Assembly: GCA_964016885.1 (NCBI GenBank)
Contig: OZ024743.1
Location: 63,860,001 to 63,924,000 of the forward strand
Reading direction: 5' to 3'
Origin: Eledone cirrhosa
Lineage: Eukaryota
Length of the DNA: 64,000 bases
Of the stretch, positions 36,151 through 48,678 are shown one piece after another. The translations under genes were made by a program, and so were the position numbers. Within the stretch, counting starts at the first letter, position 1. The number at the start of each line of letters is the position of its first letter. The notes below the pieces were generated by a model, which saw only the letters and a list, made by a program, of their open reading frames with translations, searched no databases and was not told the DNA's origin.

Positions 36151-36961
36151 CATATATATATGCACATATATATACATACACATACATATATATATATATC
36201 ACCATCATCACAAATAAATAAAACATATAATGGCTAAATGGCCTTAGCTATATTTAATGTTATATATATATATATAAATCAGAATGGATTCAGTTTGAAA
36301 CTGGTTAGACCATTACTCAACAGAGTACTTGATACTTGGAGTAGTAGAGTATGGTTATATTAAAAAGAGTTGGAACCCCAACAGCTGAGTGCTTGCTGTT
36401 TCAAAACTAGTTCCTGACTATTTATAATATATATGTGTGTGTGTGCGTGTGTGTGCGTGTGTGTGTGTAGATCCCATTTCTATATTATATACATAATGTG
36501 GTTAGTGTTAGGAAAGGAATCCAGCTGTAAAAATCCCAGCCAAATTTACAGTTCCATACGAACTGGTTAGATTTATTTCATGTCATGGGTGACTCGTCTA
36601 ACCCATGCAAGCATGGAAAATGAATATTAAATGGTGATGATGATGATGATGATATATATAGATATATATATGTTTCCATGCTTGCATTGGTTAGATGGTT
36701 CACCCATGTCATGAGACAAGTCTGGCCAGTTGATTGCACACACACACACACACACATACACAAACACATATATATATAAATATCTATATATATATAGTAA
36801 TAATAATAAATTTGAAGACTAAAATCCAAAGAGGGCTCGATAAGGATAAATATATATCAAATATATATCAAATATATATCAAATATATATCAAACATATA
36901 TCAAATATAAGCGATTCTTTGCTTAAACTTTAATCTGTTATTTTAATAAATATATATATAT

Positions 36962-37231
36962 ATATATATTGGTAAATGGAAAAGAAAATGCTGACAAATT
37001 GTTCACAGTGAAAAAAGGTAGAATTTCCAAAACTAATCAGATCAGAGCAAACATCATGGACGCTCTATCTCAAAATTATTTTTGAAAAGCATTAGAAATG
37101 CGCAACCGGTAAAACTTAAAACCAAAACTGAATACTAACCAATACTATTACTAATTCTCACTTATTCCTAATTAAACTATTTTTCACTGTGCACAATTTG
37201 TCAGCATTTTCTTTTCTGTTTACCAATATAT
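36962..37231. repeat. ~50-bp inverted repeats around a ~165-bp spacer next to (TA)n; duplicate at 52616-52885
   Basis: ttggtaaatggaaaagaaaatgctgacaaattgttcacagtgaaaaa versus tttttcactgtgcacaatttgtcagcattttcttttctgtttaccaa. Confidence 0.8.
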
Positions 37232-37386
37232 CATAACTTGTGTGTTACACCTCTATTCTTTTAAATATATATATATATATAAGTGAAAGGTATAGAAAAC
37301 ATTGTAGCAAAAAGCCAACATATGTCCCAAGGCTCTGATACCATCAACACTATACACACAGAGCTGGCATATCTAAGAACTGACTA

Positions 37387-37442
37387 ACTGCCTGATGAGG
37401 TCATAGCCATTCAATGGCTATCATCGAAATATATATAGCAGT
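37387..37442 (+). ncRNA. Type I minimal hammerhead with intact core; duplicate at 53045-53100
   Basis: actgc CTGATGA ggtc atagccat tca atggctat catc GAAA tatata TA gcagt, then AATAAA. Confidence 0.75.
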
Positions 37443-37483
37443 AAATAAAGGATTATGAGTTCATGCAATTGACTTATGTTTCG

Positions 37484-37544
<61 letters not shown>

Positions 37545-37881
37545 CTATACGAGCAGAACAACAATTTTGCATCAAGTGGGAAAACTCCCGTCCAAACCCA
37601 TGCAAGCGTGGAAGATGGACGTTAAACGATGATGATGATGATGATGATGATGATGATATATATGCAGAGACAGACAGACATAAACACACACACACACACA
37701 CCCCAATGTTGTATAATTCTAAACTTCTGGGGTCAATGATATAATCAAAATAATCCTTTCAAAACAGTTCCCTAGCATTTCTGTAGTGCAATAACTGAAA
37801 CTAACATCACCATCATCAAAATAATATAATATAAAATATTTTTTTAAATAGTTGAATGTTAGCCCTAAGGAAATCACTTAC

Positions 37882-37903
37882 CTATAAAATATATTGACTT
37901 CAT
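37882..37903 (-). CDS. Putative first coding exon of the mucin-like gene (MKSIYFI + G)
   Basis: aaaaATGAAGTCAATATATTTTATAG|gtaagt; phase 1 joins exon 2 to give MKSIYFIVLVVCFFSMPA. Confidence 0.6.
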
Positions 37904-38416
37904 TTTTCTATAATTTTGGGGGTGTATATATTTATAACTTTTTTCTTTTATGTTCTTCTTGTTGTTTTTGTTCTTATTTTCTGTCAGTGACTGTGTGTAT
38001 ATAAAATATAGTGATGTATAATATAATATAAATCCTTCTGATACAAAAAACACCTGAATATAAAATCTCCCTGGTTCTCTGATACAACACTGTGACTGTT
38101 TATTTTAAATGAGTTTATATTTTACATGTAAAAAGCTTGCATTCAAAGTACCAGTAATGTACTGAGTAATTGCTGGCCTTGTGCCAAAAGTAGAAACAAT
38201 TATTTTATGTGACAACTAATGTTCCAAACAGCAGCTTAATAATGGGAAATGTTACAAAAATCTTTTCAAATCCTTGATTATTTTTTCAAAATAAATTGAA
38301 AAGTCATAGACAATGTTTATCAGTGTGAAGTAGTGATTGTATGTGGTAAGTTGTGATAAAGGGTATCTCTTGATTGTAGTGGTGGTAGTAGTAGGGGTGG
38401 TGATGGCAATAGTGGT

Positions 38417-38810
38417 GGCAGTATCTATGAAGGTGGTGGTGGTGGCAGTATTTATGAAGGTGGTGGTGTTGGCAGTATTTTTGAAGGTGGCGGTGGTGTT
38501 GGCAGTATTTATGAAGATGGTGGTGGTGGCAGTATTTATGAAGGTGGTGGTGGTGGCAGTATTTATGAAGGAGGTGGTGGTGGCAGTATTTTTGAAGGTG
38601 GTGGTGGTGTTGGCAGTATTTATGAAGGTGGTGGTGGTGGCAGTATTTATGAAGGTGGTGGTGTTGGCAGTATTTATGAAGGTGGTGGTGGTGGCAGTAT
38701 TTATGAAGGTGGTGGTGGTGGCAGTATTTATGAAGGTGGTGGTGGTGGCAGTATTTATGAAGGTGGTGGTGGTGGTGTTGGCAGTATTTATGAAGATGGT
38801 GGTGGTGGCA
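38417..38810 (+). repeat. 27-30 bp GGT-rich minisatellite; longer duplicate at 54042-54790
   Basis: ggcagtatttatgaaggtggtggtggt units. Confidence 0.92.
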
Positions 38811-38952
38811 GTGGTGGTGGTAGGGGTGTTATAGGTGTTGATGGTGGGTGGTGTTCTCAGAGTTATTGTTACAGACTATTTTACTGTCAGTCTCACCTCA
38901 AGGCAGTGGTCAGTTTACTTCACACACTGTTCACTACTAATACTACTACTAT

Positions 38953-39013
<61 letters not shown>

Positions 39014-39175
39014 GCGGCTGCTGCTGCCACTGCTACTACTACTACAACTATTACTTCTATTACCATTACCACTACTACTTCTACTACCACCACCACCACC
39101 AACACTACTATTATTACTACTACTACACATATACATGCATACATACATTCATATATATATATATATATACATACA

Positions 39176-39224
<49 letters not shown>

Positions 39225-39361
39225 GTACATACATACACTAATACATACACACACACATACAGACATGCATACATAAATACATACATGTACATATATATAT
39301 TTGTTTATGCATTAGGCTAATTTTATCAGACTGTTCTTCAAACTTGTAAATTTAATATATA

Positions 39362-39745
39362 TCATCATCATCATCATCAAGGTTTAGCGTCCGTGTTCCA
39401 CGCTTGCATGGGTTTGGGCGGGGGTTTTCCCACTTGAGGCAAGAGTGGTTGTCCTGCTCGCATAGGACTGTCTGGCGGGTTTTCTACAGCTGGATGCGCT
39501 GCCTAACACCAACCACATTTACAGTGTGGGGCTGGGAGGTTTTTACCGTGTTGCCTACACGGCCACATTACAGCGTGGACTGTCTGGCGGGTTTTCTACA
39601 GCTGGATGCCCTTCCTAACACCAACCACATTTTCAGTGTGGGGCTGGGAGGTTTTTACCGTGTTGCCTACACGGCCACATTTACAGCGTGGACTGTGTGT
39701 TTTTTTTGTCGTGACACCTACACGATCTCATTTGTTTCGGCCTGG
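39362..39745 (-). mobile_element. RTE 3'-end retrocopy with an internal ~120-bp duplication; duplicate at 55373-55757
   Basis: (CAT)n tail and RTE 3' UTR motifs repeated twice. Confidence 0.8.
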
Positions 39746-40520
39746 AAATATATATATATATATGTATATATATATTTGGTTTCTGAATTTGTTTAGCAAG
39801 ATTCTTTATCTGAAAACGTGTGTTGAAACCGATATTGTTATGCTTTGGGAGGGTCATGTTGCTAATAAGAAACACACGCACCAGTTGCTTTCACTCCAAT
39901 TTATTATAAATTAAATTTATAAATTTCCAGTTGGTTGGTTGGTTCCATAACCGGACGGTTGTTCATATATTGTCAAAGTTCTTTCGTCACACATTCTGTG
40001 ACCTCTTCAGTGACCAGGGATTCTTTTCTTTGTTTTTGTGCCTCTCCTTTGTTCTGTCCTACGCCATCTTGTTTTTGTGTGTTTTATGTGCTTAGTTTGC
40101 GCATGTGTTACATCCAGGTGTCTGTGTGTGTTTATATTTGTTTATTTATTTGTTTATTTACATGTTACTGGTTGGTTGTTTGTTCTATGTACGTCAATAC
40201 TCATCTCTTTCCATTTATCTGAGGGTTTGAACTAGTGTCATAAAAGTCTGTACACTAGTGATGTATGAACTATTTGACTTTGAAAAACATTGATTTTACC
40301 ATTGAGCATCAATATTCTCTGCTCCTTTGTATGACTATGATATATCATTCGTTACATTCAAACATTCTTTCTAAAAATGCATTACTTGGTTTATGCTCAA
40401 ACAAACAGTAACAAACAAAATTAAGAGTTTTAAGCAGAGGAATGCACGGTCTACTGGCAAGTAGCTTTGCTACAATATCCCTTGTTTAGACCAGAAGGGT
40501 GAAAAATAAGAAATATAAAT

Positions 40521-42937
40521 ATCATCATCATCATCATCATCATCATCAACGTTTAACGTCCGTGTTCCACGCTTGCATGGGTTTGGACGGGGGTAGTCCC
40601 ACTTGAGGCAAGAGTGATTGTCTTGCTCGCATAGGACTGTCTGGCAGGTTTTCTACAGTTGGATGCCCTTCCTAACACCAACCACATTTACAGTGTGGGT
40701 CTGGGAGGTTTTTACCGTGTTGCCTACACGGCCACATTACAGAGTGGACTGTGTGTTTTTTTGTCGTGAAACCTACACGATCTCATTTGTTTCGGCCTGG
40801 ATGGCGCGGCACCAACATAACTTTACATAGAACGGGGTGGTGTGGATGAGGTGGGGGTGGTGGTGGGACGGGGTGTATTTTGTTAGAGATGCCTACTGGC
40901 AAGGCGGGTCTTCTCTGTTACTGAGTACCGCCAAAGGTCTCGGTCCAGTGACATTGTCTTGGAGAGGTGTAAGTGTGTGAGGTCGGAGTTTATCAGCTCA
41001 TCCCATGTTTTTCTAGGTCTGCCTACTCCGCGGCTACCGTCTATCTTTATTGCCCTGCACTTTGTTATACAGCTATCGACTTTCATGCGCATCACGTGTC
41101 CATACCAACGCAGCCTTCTCTCGAGTAAACAACATCTGATCCCTCTTATCTCTAATTTTTTCCTTAGTTCGTTTATGCTTTGCCGTTCACGTATATTACT
41201 GTTACACATCCAGCGGAGCATGCAAGCTTCGTTCCTCTCTAGTCTGCGTATATCCTCTGCACACAATGCCCAGGTCTCACTACCATGCAACATTGCTGTT
41301 CGTATGCAGGCATCGTACAACCTGCCTTTCATTTTTAGGGAGAACCCTTTAGCAGCTAATAGTGGTATAAGCTCTCTGAACTTTTTCCAACCAGTTCTGA
41401 CTCTAGCTACAGTACTTTCAGAGCACCCTCCCCCACTGCTGATTTTATCGCCCAGGTAACGGAAGCTGTCCACTATTTCTATAGAACCCTCTGCGCAATT
41501 GAAAGAGCTAGTATTTTGTGGGCACTTGCTGCTACTTATTGCACCAGAACACCGGCCACATGTAAAATCTATGTTCTTAGTTAGCTTACCTGTGATCCCA
41601 CTACATCTTTTATGCACCCATACTTTGCATTTAGGACATAAAATGGAGTTTCTACCTACGCCTTTCCTACACACCGAGCACGACCATTTCCCAGAAGGGA
41701 CCGCCGCCTTGTTTTCTTTCCTACAAACTAGAACTTTGGTCTTAGCCAGGTTAATTTTAAGTCCTTTTGACTCTAGGCCGTGCTTCCATGTTTGGAATTT
41801 CTTCTCTAGCTCGGCCATTGATTCCGCTATGAGTGTCAGGTCGTCTGCGTATAGGAGTTCCCATGGGCAGCCTGTCTTGAACTCCTCTGTTATAGCCTGA
41901 AGGGCAATAATAAATAGTAGGGGGCTGAGAACAGAGCCCTGATGGACGCCAACTTTTACGCTAAACTCTTCACTATATTCGTTGTTAATTCTAACCTTGC
42001 TGACTGTTTCTTTATACATGGCTTGTATAGCCCTCACAAGCCATTCGTCAACGCCTAGTTTTCTAAGAGCCCACCAGATAATGGAGCGGGGGACTCTGTC
42101 GAAGGCTTTCTCCAGGTCGACAAAAGCTAAGTAGAGGGGTCTACCTTTATCTAGGTACTTCTCCTGTAGTTGTCGTACTATGAAAAGGGCGTCTGTGGTG
42201 CTTTTGCGTGACACAAACCCGAACTGCATTTCATCTAGGTCAATTCTCTCTCTGATTAGTTGCGCTATTACTTTTTCCGTGACCTTCATGACCTGGTCGA
42301 TTAATTTAATGCCTCTATAGTTACTCCTATCTAGGGCGTCTCCTTTACCCTTATAACAGTTAACGATGATGCTGCTATGCCAGTCCTTCGGAACAACCCC
42401 ATTCTGTACGACTTGGTTAACTATGCGGGTGACCATGGTGTGTCCCACCGTGCCAGATGCCTTCAGCATCTCAGCAACTATTTCCGAAGGCCCAGCCGCC
42501 TTACCCGTCTTCATATCCTTGATTGCCTTACTTATTATACTCCCCTCGACTAACACTGCTGGTCCCTCTATTGGGTCGATATGGGGGTGACTGTCTTTCT
42601 CCCATTTATTCTCCTCATTTAGTAGCCTTTCATAGTGACACTTCCAAGCTACCTTCTTATCAGTGTCGGTGATGGCAAGTATGCCATCATCGTTAAGTAC
42701 ACACTTCTCCCCGACAATATCACGGTTTTCCTTGACGCATTGCCTGGCAATCCTGAACACCTCACGTTTTTGGTCATCGCGTTGTAGAACATGCTTGAAC
42801 TTTCTTTCCTCAGCTTCCCTTCTTGCTAAGTACACTTCTCTCCTAGCTTCCCTCCTGGCCACTTGATAGTCTACTCTACTTCCCCCATCCCGCCATACTT
42901 TCCAAGCCTGCTTTTTGGCCTTAATTGACCCCTCCAC
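40521..42937 (-). mobile_element. Young 5'-truncated RTE with open RT + PHD frame, present only in duplication copy 1
   Basis: ORF 40883-42952 (first residues come from the flank); absent from the corresponding site near 56531. Confidence 0.96.
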
Positions 42938-43025
42938 TTGTGGATAGTGCAATTTTAAATCAATATATGTTGATTTAAAATTGCACTATCCACAAGTGTT
43001 TTTTAACCTTCATATCATGTCTTCC

Positions 43026-43096
43026 TATTTTATCTGATGAAAACATAAATGTTATTGCATGGTGATATTTGTTTTTGAAATGCGCATAATAAAATA
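43026..43096 (+). ncRNA. Type I hammerhead in the surviving arm of the palindrome
   Basis: tattttat CTGATGA aaacataaatgttat...atatttgttttt GAAA tgcgca TA ataaaata. Confidence 0.75.
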
Positions 43097-43257
43097 CATG
43101 GAACTCTTTTAACCATCTTTTGATCTTATATATTATGTATACTCCAGTCCTACAAACTGTAGAGTGCTTCTTATCCGATATCTGCACTGCTTTATTGTAC
43201 TACAATAAAACTCACCTCCTACATATATATATATATATATATATAGGAACGAGTAGG

Positions 43258-43353
43258 ACCCCGACGGCTGAGCTCAAGCCGTTTCGACGGCTAATTCTGG
43301 ACTAAATGAACATTTTTATCCTGGTATATGAATAGCCAAGCTTCTCAGGGGGT
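43258..43353 (-). ncRNA. Type I hammerhead with full stem III and GUC site but G8A core change; duplicate at 57122-57217
   Basis: acccc CTGAGaA gcttggcta...tagccgtc GAAA cggct tgagctc agccg TC ggggt. Confidence 0.65.
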
Positions 43354-44009
43354 TATTCTATATATGGTAAAAGAGATTGTCACAAGGATTGGTCAAAAGT
43401 TTGTTGTTGAGACACATAATTCTATCATGGTAATTTGTGGAAGGAAGGGGTAGCTGAACCTGCCAGTACTACACACATACTAGATGAATACATACACATA
43501 CACACATATATAAATATACCCACATGCACTCATAGACACGTACACACATATATATACACTCACATACACACATGGACACACACATATACAGATATATACA
43601 CGCATAAACTTACAAACAAGCAAACACACACATACATAAATATGAACACACACATATGTAAACATACATACACATACACACACATAAACATGTACATAGA
43701 CACACCCACTCATAAACACACAATACACATGCACCCCTCCCCCACAGATGTGCACACTCCACACACATCCGCCCACACACGTGTATCCCCCCACTCACAC
43801 ACAAGGTGACAATGAAAGAACATAGAAACAAGGTATAACAAAAATACAATTTGTGTGTATATACATATATGTGTATGTGTATATGTGCATGCGTGTATAT
43901 GTATGTGTCTGTGTGTGTATGTGTGTATGTGTATGTGTATGTATGTGTATGTATGTGTATATGTATGTGTATATGTATGTGTATGTGTGTATGTGTATAT
44001 GTGTATGTG

Positions 44010-44930
44010 TATGACAGCAGGTAGTTTCCGAGAAAAATCACATGAAAACAAAAGTATGGAAACACAAACGGCACAAAAAAATATTGAACAAGAAAAAACA
44101 CAACTTCACAAATGAACTCTACAACCACAAATCAAGCAATTGAGAACAACAAAAACAACAACGACAACAACAACAACAACAACAACAGCAACCATATAAA
44201 ATCTTTTGCCCCAATAAGTAAAGGAACTTTTACAAATATTGATATTTCCAATGCGAAGGAAATGATCAATGATGGAAAAAAATATTTTACCTTCGAGGAA
44301 AAAGGGGGATTTAAAGTAACCTCTCCGCCACAAATCAAAGCCGACACAATGCGAAGGACTGTGATTTTTAGCACGATTTCGAACACACAAAAAAAGCTGG
44401 CTTTCCTTACTCAAAGCGAAATTGAAATCGTCTTGAAAGAGGCAATGCCACACATACAATTCATACAAAGGGCTAAACTATATGGAAGCATTTCGGTGCT
44501 CTTCAAAAGTGAGGCCCTTGCAAAAAAATGTGATCCCGGTCACCTCTGCCACACACCTTTTTCCCTACATACATGGGAAAAAGAACACAAAAAATAAACA
44601 TTCTAAACATACCACCCAACATTAACATCTGGTGGATTCTGGCAGGGTTCTTGGAGGAGGATGAAGACACAATACTGTCGATTCAAAAATCCACAAGAAA
44701 CACCTGGAACGGCACAAGCTTGGAAATTTTGGTCCAAATGAAACCGGACAGAATTTCCAAGATACCAGAAAGAGTGCCAGTAGACAATACAAACTATATA
44801 CACATTTCGGCAGAAGGAGTGTGGTCACATTGTTTTAAATGCGCAAGCACATCGCATTTAAAGGCCTCCTGTCCCCTCTTATCCCCCCCAACCCCCCCAA
44901 AGTACTTTTACCAACACTAACACCAGAACC

Positions 44931-44978
<48 letters not shown>

Positions 44979-47900
44979 CACAAAACAAGCAAACACACAC
45001 AAACAAACAACTGCTCAACCACAAACAACAGAAAAAACACAAACAATTCCCCTGAAAAACACAGTCAACCCCATCCCACTCCATCCAACACTACCACAAT
45101 CACACATTCAAACACACCATCACCACACAACATACCCCTCTCCCACGCCCCTGATGACGATTCATCGTCAGACGAGGCTACTTCTCCATCCCCAAGTGAA
45201 GATGAAGGAGAGCCTCGGAAATAAAACAAACAAAAAAAAAGAGACACCGCAAAGCCACAAAAACAACAATCACCAACAAGAAAACACAATCACCAACACA
45301 AACAACAAAACAAACACCACCACAATCAACATAAACCCTACCAGCAAAACAAACACCAACACCACCCAAACACAAATGCCCACCATAAAAAGAAAACTAC
45401 AAAACAACAAACCAAAACAACACAACAAAACAACAAACAACAATACACATACATTAATACAAACAACAAAAACCTAATGGAGGTCATCTCCCAAGACCCA
45501 ACAATAGAAACTGAGGGGAAAACTTTTGTCAAGGCAGACTCTCAACGACACCTAAAACTGATAAGGGTTTCGATAGAAACCTATCAGAAATTAAAAGAAT
45601 AATTTTCACTGGACGTTGACAACTACTGTCAAAAGCCCATTAACCACGTTCTATTAAAATGTTTCCCCACCCCACTCAACACCCCTACCAGCACCCAAAT
45701 GGAGATTTAACAACCCGATCTCCAGGAAACGAAAAGATAAGTGCATCTTTCCGTCCTTTTTCGCCAACTCTTCTCTTCCAACATGGCTAATTTACTAGTT
45801 GGAAGTGTGAATGTGCGTGGCCTAGGGATGTCCTGGAAACAGGGCCAACTTTTAAACGACCTTAGGTCACACGGTATGGATGTGATAGCCATCACCGAGT
45901 CCAGGATCCACAACAGGCAGCAACTAACCCCCATCTTCAATGACTTTGAGATCTACGCATCTCTCTGTCAGCCAGGGGGTGGAGGGGGAGTGGCTGTCAT
46001 GTTTCGGAAAAACCTGGACCTCGAAATACAGCAAGTACACTTGGATCCGGAGGGTAGACTGGTAGTCCTAGACGTGAACAGTCTTGGAGGTGGAGCCTTC
46101 AGACTTGTGGCCGTTTATACCCCGACTGGGCAATCACGGCCAGACTTCTTTAAGCGTCTAGAGTTTTTCTGGGAACGTCTCGTTCCTTGCTTTTAGTGGG
46201 GTACTGGAATGGCATACTAGACGCACGATGGGATTATGTAGGATCATATCCCAGTAGGGGGGGGGGGGGGGGCAACAGCCTCAAAAATTTAATCGGCCAA
46301 TTCCAACTGGCCGATAGGTATCGACTAGATTTCCAGACTGCACCACAGTGGACGTGGACAAACCTCAGCGGGACATCTAGATCGTATTTAGACAGGTTCT
46401 TTATTAGAGAGAGAGACAAGAAGATGTTAAGCTGTCCACAAGTGCATATGGTTGCCTATTCAGACCACAAACTAGTCATCTGCATAGTCAACCGTGATAG
46501 AATACATAGACAAGGACCTGGATACTGGAAGCTGAACGTGCCACTACCGACATGTAAAGTCTACAGTGAACGGATAAGTAGATTAGTTAACCAACAATTG
46601 ACGGGATCCATCGTCAACAACAGATGGTGGTACTCTCCCAAGAAAGCAATTAGAGTAGAGTCGATAGACTTTAGCAGAGAGTTAGCCTTAGAGAGAAACA
46701 AAACAGAAACGGAACTAGTAGCCAAGGTAGAGGAGGCGCTTCGGAGTGGCAACGTAGCTAGAGTGCTAGCAACGAGAACGGCACTGGACCAGTTCTTCGA
46801 CGCGAAACACGAATGCTGCGTGGTCAGAAGCAAATCACGTGCTCCAGGAAACGAGGGAGCGAAAGCTGTTAGCTGGGCCTGAGTGGCAGAGACGAAAAGT
46901 GGCAACAAGTCCATGATTCGGTCTTTGAAAGACCAAAAACGGACGCGTGCTACTTGACCCCAAGCGGATGTGTGCAGCCTTTCAGTGGCACTTTGCGCAA
47001 CTGTTCGGGCAGAGTGGCGGTGCATCGAACGGGGCAATGGACTTCGGTTCATACCTCGACGGCCTGCCGCGTCCCTCGAGCATGGACCCCGAGTTCTGTG
47101 AAAGACCGCTCACAGCCACTCAGATACCGGACGCTGCGGGAAACGAAAATCACCCGGTCTAGATGGTCTACCCTATGAGTTTTACATAGGCATGCTGGAC
47201 TTGTTCTCTGGCGTCCTCGAGGCCGTCTACTGCAACTGGCAGCAGAACGGGAGAATTCTCAGTTCTGCAGGCAGGGGTGTAGTAACGCTCATCAGGAAAG
47301 ACGAGAACAAGGGGGACGAACTAAGCAACTTTAGGCCCATAACTCTGCTCAACACAGAGTTAAAGATTTTGGCCAAGGTGTTGGCAACGAGGTTGGTGCT
47401 TGTCGTCGAGAACCTGGTAGAGAAAGCGCAAATGTGTGTAATCCCGACTAGGTCCATACACGACAACCTCCACCTCATGCGATACATCATAAAGAGAGTG
47501 GGGCGTAAACTCGGCTTCGGTGGGGCCCTTATCAATTTAGATCAGTCTAAGGCGTTCGATAGGGTCGACCATCGACACTTGGAAGCGGTTCTCAAGGCGA
47601 CCGGTTTCGGACCCGTCTTCAGAGGCTGGTTCGCCGCAATGCACACCGACATCTGTTCGATGGTCAAGGTGAACAGACGGACCGGTGAAATTGCTCGGGG
47701 TCTAGTTCGGTCTGGACCTCACGGCCAAGGTATTTGCGCTCACCCAGAAGTGGGCAGAGTGCAAACTATCCTTGAAAGGTCGAGCGGAGGTGGTGAACAA
47801 TTTTCTCGCGTCTGTCATCTACTTCCGCTTGACCGTCGTGCCTTGTCCCCGTGAACACCTCACCAAGATGGAACGCATGCTCTTCCAGTTCCTTTGGAAG

Positions 47901-48678
47901 AAGCAGGCCCCACTGGTGAGGAGATCCGTCTGCTGCTAACACCCTTCTAACGGAGGGCTCGGAAGCCATGGCTGATTATGTGCAAGCATGCGCTGAGGCT
48001 ACGGCATCTACAGGTATTCCTCACCGACCCCCAACCGGTGTGGGCACCGTTTGTGAGACGCCTTCCCGCAACTTGTCTCGCTGACTGAGCTGCAGTCCTG
48101 GGTCAAGAGGAGACCGAAGAAGATGGGCGCCTGGCACATTGAATGCGCCCAGGCGCTCACAGTCCTCTGTCAAGTGGGCACGACAATCAGTGGAGACTCC
48201 ACTTCAACATTCTATAGAGGGTTAGTACGTCACAAGGGCGACAACGTGCTCGGAGAGACTCTAGGCGTTGAGGATGAAGAACTCCCCAGTCTGTTTAGTA
48301 AGACTTTCCGCCCGGGACATATGGACAACTTCCAGAAGTCCGTGGCCTGGCAGTGCTACCGAGGAGCTCTACCAGTTCGTGACAAGATCTACAGGCACGG
48401 ACGTCCCGACAGGGATCCTTCCAAGAGGACGTGTCCAAGATGCGGGCAGGACATCAAAACCGTCCTGCACGCAATTGTACACTGCTCGGGCGTAACCGAC
48501 ATGTGGAACTACGCGGAACAACTGCTGTCGCGTATGGGACAAATCCAGTTGACAGCCGAGTCCATAGTAAGGATCAAACCGCCAACTTCTTTCAAAAATG
48601 AAAGAGAGGCGGTTTTCCTCTGTACAGTGGCTATGGTGAAAGAGGTTATATGGTGGACGAGATTGAGAGACTGAGGAC
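44010..48678 (+). mobile_element. Decayed L1/Tx1-clade LINE (ORF1 with CCHC knuckle; ORF2 APE-RT-zinc finger), 3' end cut by the duplication breakpoint
   Basis: CFKCASTSHLKASC; GSVNVRGL, ITES, SYLDRF, SDHK, GPGYWKLN, NFRPITLLN, LDQSKAFDRVDH, CPRC..TVLHAIVHC; frameshifts. Confidence 0.93.

Larger units (their letters stand above)
33113..48678 (+). repeat. Tandem segmental duplication, copy 1
   Basis: Colinear and near-identical to 48679-62575. Confidence 0.97.

Noticed and set aside
38337-39320. Long poly-Val/Leu/Thr ORFs resembling membrane or mucin proteins (also 53962-55287)
   Set aside because: Products of GGT/CTA simple repeats and a 27-bp minisatellite; lengths differ between the duplicates.
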